This document shows positions 1 to 14,245 of a DNA stretch of 64,000 bases, piece by piece. This DNA comes from Macrostomum hystrix (taxonomy: Eukaryota > Animalia > Platyhelminthes). Position 1 is the stretch's first letter; each line of letters starts with the position of its first letter. The position numbers were made by a program, and so were the translations under genes. The DNA is taken from positions 1,798,001-1,862,000 of the forward strand of contig CATNEN010000034.1 in NCBI GenBank assembly GCA_950097015.1. The letters run 5' to 3'. The notes below the pieces were generated by a model. The model was given only the letters and a program-made list of their open reading frames with translations, was not told where the DNA came from and searched no databases.

Positions 1-373
1 TGTCTAACTGCAGATTGTGACTGTCTAACTGCAGATTGTGGCTGTCTAACTGCAGATTGTGACTATCTAACTGCAGATTTTGACTGTCTATCTGCAGATT
101 GTGACTGTCTGACTGCAGATTGTGACTGTCTAACTGCAGATTGTGGCTGTCTAACTGCAGATTGTGACTGCCTAACTGCAGATTGTGACTGTCTAACTGC
201 AGATTGTGACTGTCTAACTGCAGATTGTGACTGTCTAACTGCAGATTATGACTGTCTGACTGCAGATTATGACTGTCTGACTGCAGATTGTGACTGTCTA
301 ACTGCAGATTGTGACTGTCTAACTGCAGATTGTGGCTGTCTATCTGCAGATTGTGACTGTGTAACTGCAGATT
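1..373. repeat. 21-bp minisatellite (TGTCTAACTGCAGATTGTGAC)n, truncated by the window start
   Basis: About 17-18 tandem units with point variants read directly from the sequence. Confidence 0.95.
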
Positions 374-1257
374 GGGTTGTTAAAGGGATTCCCTCTATTG
401 ATGAAACAACTGAGATGGTTTCATAACTTGTTGCTAAACTGATAGCATTCTTACAATCTACTCATAGTAGTATGATGACGCTGCTATTTGCCTAAGAATT
501 TAGACCAGGGTGTCAAAATAATAATCGATTCCTTTAACTCGATTCTAAGATACAGTAGCTACTACTCTTTTATTAATGCAGCGACTACAACAATAGTTTA
601 GTGTGCTCAGTGTCTGCCTGTGTCCCAAGGTTTTACTAAAAAATATGTACTTTTGTTTGATTATTATGCCGCACTTTTGTTTCACTTTTAACATCTGTCC
701 CGCATCCCTGCTCTCTCACTCTTCAAAAAATGATTGAAGTTACTTTATAACTTTTTCTACCAGTTCAGACGTATCGTTACTAATAGTAGGCAGTACGGCA
801 TGTTATTCTCTTTTTGTGTCCCTCTAACTGCTAATAAGTATCTAGTTTACTTGTTACTTAATAAATGTTGTATGTGCTTAATGCATCAAAGCAAACCAAA
901 GGTGTGTCCGTTGTAGCAATAAAAGTACTTTTAGAGTTAAAAAAGTACAAGCAAATGCACTTCCGGTGGCTCATAACATGCAAGTTCAAGCGGCCTAATG
1001 ATGATCTCGCATTTTCGTGCCGCCATGTTTGTTATAATTTCCACCTGGCTCAGCGTTTTTGTCTTTGTTCATAATTATTATATTTGCCGGAGGGCTGCGG
1101 GAAATGACACATCAATTGGTGACACTAGACCTGCAGCCAGCCAGGAGGCGATTCCACCAATTCCGCGGACTACTGAGCACACACGCACACAGATACTGTA
1201 CACAGGTGTGTACATCTGCTCTGGCTTTCTCATCGTAAGGCAGTGTACACTCTCAAT

Positions 1258-3002
1258 AGGCCGTATGAATAAAGTGAGCAATTGCTCAAAGTCTACGAGA
1301 TTCTCAATTCAGAATGGTATATTTCAGCGCGTATCGCACGAGTGCTTTTTGCCATAGACACACGAGTCAGAGTGGAAATTGCAGTGTTGTTGGATTCATT
1401 CTTGCACACAGTATGAGTGGTAGGAAGCAGTCCCCTTGCGGATGGTGTGGGGGCGGAGCCCCACTGATACGAGACCATAGACATTTAAACCAAAGATAGA
1501 CTCACGAGCCCGAGTATCGTCGAAAGCTTTATTTCGTCAGATTTCAAAAGGGTTGAGCCATAGACATGCATTCCTGCACTTGTCGTGAAATTAACTTGTC
1601 TATTTAGAGCTTTCCCTCCATGACCAAAGATCCACCTCAGTCATCTAACCCAATTTGAAATCGACATGGCTAGCACCATAGACCCAAATTTTTGCGCTCC
1701 ATTAATTGATTTGAACTACGTCACCGTGAGTGGAGTTTTGACGGACGCTGTAGCCGTTTTGTCTACAGAATGAACAAAGTGAGTGCTTGCTGCTGAACAA
1801 ATGCTCACCATGATTGTCTCAAGAGTTAGTGTTCACCCTTCGAGCAATTGCTCTGTGACTCGCGTCAGCAAGAATAAACTCTGGCCATAGACAAATGTCT
1901 GAAGCATTTGCTCGCGTTTTCTTGAGTCAAGTCGGCAGCGTGCTCAGCGTCTATTCAGCATCATACTTTCCTACTGCTCTGTTAGCATGGCTGAGTTTCT
2001 TCCAGAAAGGGCACCTGCCCAAATGAAAGTGTACTTGGAGAGACGTACGATGCATGCTTTTCGCGAGGATGAATGCAGAAGTTGTTTCGCTTTTCGCGTG
2101 CGAGCTTGGAGTTTCTAGCGCAGCGCTTTCTTGGTGACCGCAGAGAAACCCGAGGCGGTGCCGTCCAACCGATGCAGCGAATGGAAATGACCCTGAGGTA
2201 CTTGGTGAATCCTGGATTTCAGAGCGATCATCGCGAGCGAATTCGGTGTTCATCAGACAAAGTGTTTGCACGGATGCAAGCTACTGGATCAAGTGGCCAA
2301 CCGAGACTCCGATTACTATTCATGACGCAAAGCAGGACTGGTTCGAACGATTTAAGTATCCCGCTGCTATTGGGGCGATTGACTGCACCCACGTACGCAT
2401 AGAGAAGCCCGGTGGGATGATCGGAAACGAGTACGTCAATCGGAAGGGGTTTGCATCCATCAACGTCCAAGCAACGTGCGACGTCCAGTGCAAGTTTACA
2501 AGCATTGACGCCTCGTGGCCTGGGTCAGTGCATGACCACCGCATTTTCAAAACCTCCAGCATCTATGCGGACTTGACCAATCGCCAGGGTATCGTCTTGC
2601 TTGGTGATGAAGGCGCAATCCAAGCAACCCGTTGGAGAGGAATTTCAATGCTGCTCACTCTAGAGCCCGCGTGGTAATCGAAAGCGCATTCGGCCAGCTG
2701 AAGCGAAGATTTCCCATTCTGCAGTTACATGATTAGAGTGAGTCTGGAGCGGGTGCCAACTTACATCTTGGAGTGCTGCGTGCTACACAACATTGCGAAG
2801 GAACTGAACGATCGCGCAACAGAAGATTAAGCTGTTGACGTTGACTTGGATGTTCTGGAGTTAGAGGAACACAACAATGCTACCGTGAATCAACGCAGGG
2901 CGGCCGGCATAAGACGCCGATTGGAAATTGCGCAGATCATGATGCAACATGCTGCCTAGATGATTTACTCATGAGCAACTGCTCACTTTATTCATACGGC
3001 CT
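1258..3002 (+). mobile_element. PIF/Harbinger DNA transposon, defective, with 31-bp TIRs and a 3-bp TSD
   Basis: Left TIR is AGGCCGTATGAATAAAGTGAGCAATTGCTCA (1258-1288). Right TIR 2972-3002 is its reverse complement with 1 mismatch. AAT flanks both ends (1255-1257, 3003-3005). The element encloses a DDE transposase remnant. Confidence 0.9.
1987..2959 (+). pseudogene. Harbinger/HARBI1-like DDE transposase pseudogene
   Basis: Stitched frames read MAEFLPER..., FRFSRASLEFL...LRYLVNPGFQ, IGAIDCTHVRI, YVNRKGFASINVQATCD, WPGSVHD, LLGDEG, FNAAHSRARVVIESAFGQLKRRFPIL, CCVLHNIA. These are hallmark motifs of the family. There are about four frameshifts (near 2072, 2235, 2615, 2725), a deletion after GDEG and an in-frame TAA near 2828. 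Confidence 0.9.
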
Positions 3003-3708
3003 AATGTGCCTGGGATGTTGGCCCTGAAGGACCTTGGTCAAAATGACAAGACTGGAGTGAAATCAAATTTAGTTAAGTTTTTTAATAATGCGAGTATCTG
3101 ATTGAGCAGGTGTATAGAAAACAAGAATCTGCACCAGGCTAGGTATATTTAGGTATCGAAACAAATACGTCGCGAACAAATTACGAATACAAAGAAAATC
3201 CGACGCACTCTAAAAGTGCAAGCAAAACGATATTGACAAAAAAACATGAGAATTCGAGCAGAGAATATTGAGTCGAAACAAATCTGAGCAGTTGACCAAT
3301 GTACCGCGTACTTTATATAACCATGCCATTCGACATAAATCTCGATTTTGAGCGACAAAAAATCAATCGATAAAGTGTGACACGAACGAGCGAAGTGCAA
3401 AGTAAATGATTTTAGCATTTGAATACGAATGAAAGTTGAAGAAAATCTAGAGAAAATATATTTAAAAAACTCCTAATCACACATGCACAGGTCCCCTATA
3501 TGAGAATCTAATCTTTAGAAGCACAACGCAAAGCATAATATAGAAATCTGAGGCGAAAAAGTATCATAAACTTGAACCGTAGCTTGGGGAAAAAAGCCAC
3601 AAAGTAAAGTGACAAATGTTCGCGAACTAACAAATATCGATGGTTCCGCCGCTCGTCCGTAAAGTTGATCGATCGATCTGGTGGCCAATCAGTTGGACTC
3701 GGTGCCGC

Positions 3709-8065
<4,357 letters not shown>

Positions 8066-8202
8066 TGTTGTTGTCTGACTTAGCTTTCTTATCGGCGCAG
8101 ATGATCGGTACTGGTCTCTAATTCTGAGCTACTAAATCTCTTAATTCTCTGCACTCAATGGCGATCAATTTTGTAGAATTTTGAAGTCCGTTCTGGCGCC
8201 TG

Positions 8203-8298
8203 TTATATCCTGGCTGCGAAACCCAGTCTGAGGTTGTCGGGGTCCCGGCGGAGTTTCGTTCCTCCAGCCAATAGGAGATGCCGGATGATTCCTATTGG
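8203..8298 (-). promoter_or_regulatory. Putative ovo copy 1 core promoter: CCAAT-N21-ATTGG pair plus TATA-like element
   Basis: On the minus strand, CCAAT is at 8298-8294, ATTGG at 8272-8268 and TATAA at 8207-8203, about 140 nt upstream of the ATG. The same architecture occurs upstream of copy 2. Confidence 0.5.
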
Positions 8299-8619
8299 CT
8301 CAAGGGGGGGGCTCGTTTCTCATTGGGATTGTCTGTGGGGTGGTTCCGCTTTGTAGTTGTTCACACCCACAACTCGATGTATTGCGTCATAGAAATCATT
8401 GTATGAGCACATTGGACTCAATTCAGTGACTTCCAAACTCTTATGACATTGTGACAGTTTGAAATGATCAGTGACTATCGTATTCGCTGACCTTTTCCTT
8501 ATTCTATGAAAAGTAAAAACAAAAAGGATTGGGACCACAAACTCAGCCGTTAAAAAATAAATTTTTAGTGCAGACGAAATGACCTTAGATGACTCCACTA
8601 AAAACCTTCTACTCCGGTA

Positions 8620-9050
8620 AGCACCCTTTGATGACGACTCTGATAAACACCCTTTGATGACTCAATTAAACACCCTTTGATGACTCAATTAAACACCCTT
8701 TGATGACTCCGTTAAACACCCTTTGATGACTCCGGTAAACACCGTTTGATGACTCCGGTAAACACCGTTTGATGACTCCGGTAAACACCGTTTGATGACT
8801 CCGGTAAACACGTTAAACACGGCCTTAGATTACTCCATTAAACACCCTCAGATTACTCAGTTAAACACGCCAAGATTATTCAGTTAAAAACACCCATAGA
8901 TTACTCCGTTAAACACCCTTAGATTACTCCGTTAAACACCCTTAGATTACTCTGCTAAATACACCCTCAGATTACTCAGTTAAACACCCCTAGATTATTC
9001 AGTTAAATACACCCTTAGATTACTCCATTAAACACGGCCTTAGATGAGAC
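8620..9050. repeat. About 23-bp degenerate minisatellite (AAACACCCTTTGATGACTCCGGT-like)
   Basis: Tandem AAACACC...GAT(G/T)ACTC units read directly. Confidence 0.85.
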
Positions 9051-9832
9051 AGTCATATGCCCTTTAATTGTCCGCCCTAACGTATGCGCCCCAATTCTGT
9101 ATTTACTGCTATCTGCATCTTCACATTAAAAAAGCTTAAATCAATATGTGCCATTAAGATTTGCTATTAGGATAGATGAGTGACTTTGCTACCAAATTTA
9201 CTTTTCTCAAAGAGCACAAAACTTAACACCAGATGGAGACCGCTGCTTCAACAATGAAATGGCGTCTCTCTTATTTTATAAATTCATTTCGATTACGTCA
9301 TCATCAAAAGATATGAAATAGATGAAGCTATCTATATGCAAGATACAAACCTTAACTTTGATTTCTTTAAATAAAAAAACAAAAAACGCTATTATGTCCT
9401 TGAAAAAGGATGGAAATTTTTAAGAGGTAGCGATTCTAGCTCGTATATTGTATATTTACGTTTCTCTGCTTAGTCTCATCCATGGCATTCTTGAATTCTA
9501 GTTGAGTCAATCTATACAGTAGAAAGTATTTAACAGATAAAGTTCTCTAAAAATAGCATCCGCAAGCATCACATTAACAGGGAAATGTGAATTGGCAGTT
9601 CGCTAAATGTATCTGACAAGACTTAGCAGTTATATAGATATTATTTAGCAGTGTTGCTTCTGCTACTATTGTCATTTAGAAATATAGAAAATGTGCAGAA
9701 TGGACTAAACAACTTGCCGTTCACAGCGTCAAATGTGGAGACTTAGCAGAATTGTTATTTTTCTTAGATAATTAAAAAACTGACAAGGTCAGTTCTTTCA
9801 TACAGAGCAACAGTTGTGACTAACTTGTTCGT

Positions 9833-9900
9833 CAGGGGTCGGCAAACACCGGCCCGCGGGCCAGTTGCGGCCATCGAAGCTCCCAAATCCGGCCCGGGGC
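9833..9900 (+). mobile_element. Solitary hAT (Charlie-type) left terminus
   Basis: CAGGGGTCGGCAAAC..CGGCCCGCGGGCC...AAATCCGGCCC matches the well-known Charlie/MER58-type end from memory. No matching right end was seen. Confidence 0.5.
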
Positions 9901-9928
9901 CCCTTCCAACACCTATAGTACACCTCCT

Positions 9929-11080
9929 GTGTCTCATCTCTCCCGTGTCTTATCTCTCCCGTGCCTCATCTCTCCCGTGCCTCATCTCTCCCGTGTCTCA
10001 TCTCTCCCGTGCCTCATCTCTCCCGTGCCTCATCTCTCCCGTGTCTTATCTCTCCCGTGCCTCATCTCTCCCGTGCCTCATCTCTCCCGTGCCTCATCTC
10101 TCCCGTGTCTTATCTCTCCTGTGTCTCGTCTCTCCCGTGTCTCATCTCTCCCGTGCCTCATCTCTCCCGTGTCTTATCTCTCCCGTGTCTTATCTCTCCC
10201 GTGCCTCATCTCTCCCGTGCCTCATCTCTCCCGTGCCTCATCTCTCCCGTGCCTCATCTCTCCCGTGCCTCATCTCTCCCGTGTCTCATCTCTCCCGTGC
10301 CTCATCTCTCCCGTGCCTCATCTCTCCCGTGCCTCATCTCTCCCGTGTCTCATCTCTCCTGTGTCTCATCTCTCCCCTGTCTCATCTCTCCCCTGTCTCA
10401 TCTCTCCCGTGCCTCATCTCTCCCGTGTCTTATCTCTCCTGTGTCTCGTCTCTCCCGTGTCTCATCTCTCCCGTGCCTCATCTCTCCCGTGCCTCATCTC
10501 TCCCCTGCCTCATCTCTCCCGTGTCTCATCTCTCCCGTGCCTCATCTCTCCCGTGTCTCATCTCTCCTGTGTCTCATCTCTCCCGTGTCTCATCTCTCCG
10601 CTGTCTCGTCTCTCCCGTGTCTCATCTCTCCTTGTCTCATCTCTCCTGTGTCTCATCTCTCTCGTGTCTCATCTCTCCCGTGTCTCATCTCTCCCCTGTC
10701 TCATCTCTCCTGTGTCTCATCTCTCCCTTGTCTCATCTCTCCCGTGTCTCATCTCTCCCGTGTCTCATCTCTCCGCTGTCTCGTCTCTCCCCTGTCTCGT
10801 CTCTCCCGTGTCTCATCTCTCCCCTGTCTCATCTCTCCTGTGTCTCATCTCTCCTGTGTTTCTTATCTCTCCTGTGTCTCATCTCTCCCGTGTCTCATCT
10901 CTCCCGTGTCTTATCTCTCCGCTGTCTCGTCTCTCCCGTGTCTCATCTCTCCCCTGTCTCATCTCTCCTGTGTCTCATCTCTCCCGTGTCTTATCTCTCC
11001 TGTGTCTCATCTCTCCGCTGTCTCGTCTCTCCCGTGCCTCATCTCTCCCTTGTCTCATCTCTCCTGTGTCTCATGTCTCA
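9929..11080. repeat. 16-bp minisatellite (CTCATCTCTCCCGTG[T/C])n
   Basis: About 70 tandem units; produces stop-free junk ORFs in three frames. Confidence 0.95.
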
Positions 11081-11639
11081 TAAGACTATAAGACATAAGA
11101 AATAAGACAATAACATAAAATAACATTCGCAAACAATCTGGAAAGGAGACAGAAGAGAAAGTTAGATGAAATCAAACACAAAGAGATAGCATAGTATTGA
11201 GTCCGGCTCCAGCTGCGTTTAGTTGTGAAAGATCTTGCGGTCTAACCGCACAGGTGTTACCACCCGCTGTTAACTATAGTGGGATTAAAATAGAATTATC
11301 CCATCATTAAATGTAAATAGCAGAATGGGATAATTCACTGACCTATAAAAGCTAACCAGAGGGGTCCATTCCCGTGGAAAAAATGGTTCGCATGCGTGTG
11401 CTCAGGTGTACTCAGTGCCAGAGGGCATTGTTCTAGGACCCATACAGCGTTCGGTCCTTATAGCGTCCCGCTGGTCACGGCTGGGGGAATTCTCGATATG
11501 TGATAAGAGATTTACCTGTCAGGTGAATAGCATTGTCTTGAAAGGTCTCTCTTCAATTTTTATTACAGACAAAGAATCGATTCACCGCTAGTGCTTACAC
11601 TCACTGTGACCCACGGATCAGTTGGATTATAACCCTCCT

Positions 11640-11905
11640 ATTAAACAGATAATGACCCTCCTATTCACTGGATTATGACCCTCCTATTCACTGGATTATG
11701 ACCCTCCTATTAAATGGATTATGACCCTCCTATTCACTGGATTATGACCCTCCTATTCACTGGATTATGACCCTCCTATTCACTGGATTATGACCCTCCT
11801 ATTCACTGGATTATGACCCTCCTATTCACTGGATTATGACCCTCCTATTCACTGGATTATGACCCTCCTATTCACTGGATTATGACCCTCCTATTCACTG
11901 GATTT
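11640..11905. repeat. 23-bp minisatellite (GGATTATGACCCTCCTATTCACT)n
   Basis: About 11 units, homogeneous in the distal part. Confidence 0.93.
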
Positions 11906-12485
11906 TAGTAATAGTAAGAAACAATTTTAGTTCAATTTAAATTCTCTAAAATACAAATTTCGCATCGGCATGTCAAAACGCAGATCCCAAAACACAGATC
12001 CCACCCACAGAGGCCCTAGAAAAGGCACAATAGACACATAGACAAACATAGCACATAGCACAATAGACAAAAGGCACAATGCACATCCCCAATAGCCAAA
12101 GGGCAATGCCGCTCTGAATTTTCTGTTTGTTTGTGCATTTTCTTTCCGCCTGAAGAGAATTTCAAAGAAGATTTTTGCAAAGTTATTCTTCTGCAAGCAG
12201 CCGTGCTTGTCAAATTTGATTACGGAGGAAGTCAGCGGACCTGCCCCAGACTCTGCTGTTGCGCAACACAATGCACTGCACTCAGTCTCCAGGCCGTCTG
12301 GCGATGAGCACAGCCTGGAGCTGCTGAGCCTCGGACTGCTTGAGCAGTCTTGAGCACAACTTTGGCCTTCTGTGAGAAAGCACTGGGTCACACTGGCATG
12401 GAGACAGAATGAGAGTCAATTTGTGAGCGGGGATGCAAGCAAAAATTAAATATTTGTGTTTAAAAAGGCAGTGACAAAAACAATG

Positions 12486-12792
12486 CGAATGGTGAATGGG
12501 AGACTGTGAGAATGGGAGACTATGAGAATGGGAGACTGTGAGAATGGGAGACTGAGAATGGGAGACTGTGAGAATGGGAGACTGTGAGAATGGGAGACTG
12601 TAAGAATGGGAGACTGTGAGAATGGGAGACTGTGAGAATGGGAGACTGTGAGAATGGGAGACTGTGAGAATGGGAGACTGTGAGAATGGGAAACTGTGAG
12701 AATGGGAGACTGTGAGAATGGGAGACTGTGAGAATGGGAGACTGTGAGAATGGGAGACTGTGAGAATGGGAGACTGTGAGAATGGGAGACTG
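12486..12792. repeat. 16-bp minisatellite (GAATGGGAGACTGTGA)n
   Basis: About 19 units; inverted homolog at 38983-39258. Confidence 0.93.
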
Positions 12793-13332
12793 CTACAACA
12801 ACTACAAAGACAGTTCAACAACAGCTAAACAAAGATCAGTTTAGCTGTAGGTCTCAGATAGCATTTGAGCAGGCTATTGTTATTTTGAGCAGCTCCGGAT
12901 GAATGACACAGTTGAGTTCCAGATGTCCATCACAAACTGTCTGTGGCTGATGTGGCAATGGATTCTGGGACACCAAAGTTGAGCTCACAAGCATGTACCA
13001 AATGAATGAGTAATCTCAAGTTATGATCACAAAATACCTGCTCAGCCAGCCCCGCTGACTGTTGGTTGACGGCGAGGGCAGCTGCCGCCTCATTAAATAT
13101 TTGTTGCGCTACAGTCAGGTCTACGGAAGCAGTTCGTGGGTGAGCACGTGCTCATTGTGCTCAATTATAGTGTTTTTGGAGTCAGGCGAAATTAAAATAA
13201 CTTATCGATGGGGCGTAGCGAATTTGGGGCTTTCAGACTTTGGAACAGGGACTGAAAGTCATGGGATAATATGGGATGGCAATGAATTGGCAATCTGGTC
13301 TGCGATCCAGTCTCCACCTTCTCCTTATCAAT

Positions 13333-14245
13333 CTCCCTCTCTCTCTCTCACTATCCCTCTCCCTCTCCCTCTCCGTCTTCCTCTCCCTCTCAGGCCTTCT
13401 CCCTCTCCTTCTCCCTCTCTCTCTCTCCCTCTCCCTCTCCCTCTCCGTCTTCCTCTCCCTCTCAGGCCTTCTCCCTCTCCTTCTCCCTCTCTCTCTCTCC
13501 CTCTCCCTCTCCGTCTTCCTCTCCCTCTCCTTCTCCCTCTCCCTCTCCCTCTACTTCCCCCTCTCTCTCTCCCTCTCCTTCTCCCTCTCCCTCTCCTTCT
13601 CCCTCTCTCTCCCTCTCCCTCTCCCTCTCCCTCTCCGTCTTCCTCTTCCTCTCCTTCTCCCTCTCCTTCTCCCTCTCCCTCTCTCTCTCCCTCTCCGTCT
13701 TCCTCTCCCTCTCCTTCTCCCTCTCCCTCTCCCTCTCCCTATCCCTCTTCCTCTCCCTCTCCCTATCCCTCTTCCTTACCCTCTCCTTCTCCCTCTCCCT
13801 CTCCTTCTCCCTCTCCATATCCCTCTCCCTCTCCGTCTTCCTCTCCCTCTCAGGCCTTCTCCCTCTCCTTCTCCCTCTCTCTCCCTCTCCCTCTCCCTCT
13901 CCCTCTCCCTCTCCCTCTCCCTCTCCCTCTCCGTCTTCCTCTCCCTCTCCTTCTCCCTCTCCCTCTCCCTCTCCTTCCCCCTCTCCCTCTCCCTCTCCCT
14001 ATCCCTCTTCCTCTCCTTCTCCCTCTCTCTCCCTCTCCCTCTCCCTCTCCCTCTCCGTCTTCCTCTCCCTCTCCTTCTCCCTCTCCTTCTCCCTCTCCCT
14101 CTCTCTCTCCCTCTCCGTCTTCCTCTCCCTCTCCTTCTCCCTCTTCCTCTCCCTCTCCCTATCCCTCTTCCTCTCCCTCTCCCTATCCCTCTTCCTTACC
14201 CTCTCCTTCTCCCTCTCCCTCTCCTTCTCCCTCTCCTTCTCCTTT
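13333..14245. repeat. Degenerate (CCCTCT)n polypyrimidine tract with internal duplication
   Basis: CT-only tract; the inverted homolog at 38036-38447 is a purer (GGGAGA)n. Confidence 0.93.

Noticed and set aside
506-545. CAGGGTGTCAAA hAT-like terminus preceded by ATTTAGAC
   Set aside because: Only about 12 bp of resemblance and no partner end found.
960-995. TGGCTCATAAC...GTTCAAG resembling tRNA A/B boxes; also GGTCGCGGGTTCG near 63002
   Set aside because: Too short; no cloverleaf can be folded.
9816-11105. 376-429 aa ORFs, and similar repeat ORFs at 13062-14393, 29487-30504, 32701-34038, 35794-37620, 47957-48889, 51747-52718, 59152-60120 and 61826-62759
   Set aside because: All are translations of tandem repeats lacking stop codons; metallothionein-, RGG- or collagen-like appearances are artefacts.
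12140-12420. GC-balanced, exon-like stretch in duplicated block C, tested as CLASP TOG1 or a separate gene
   Set aside because: No frame gave TOG/HEAT-like or other recognisable protein, and there are stops in the candidate frames.
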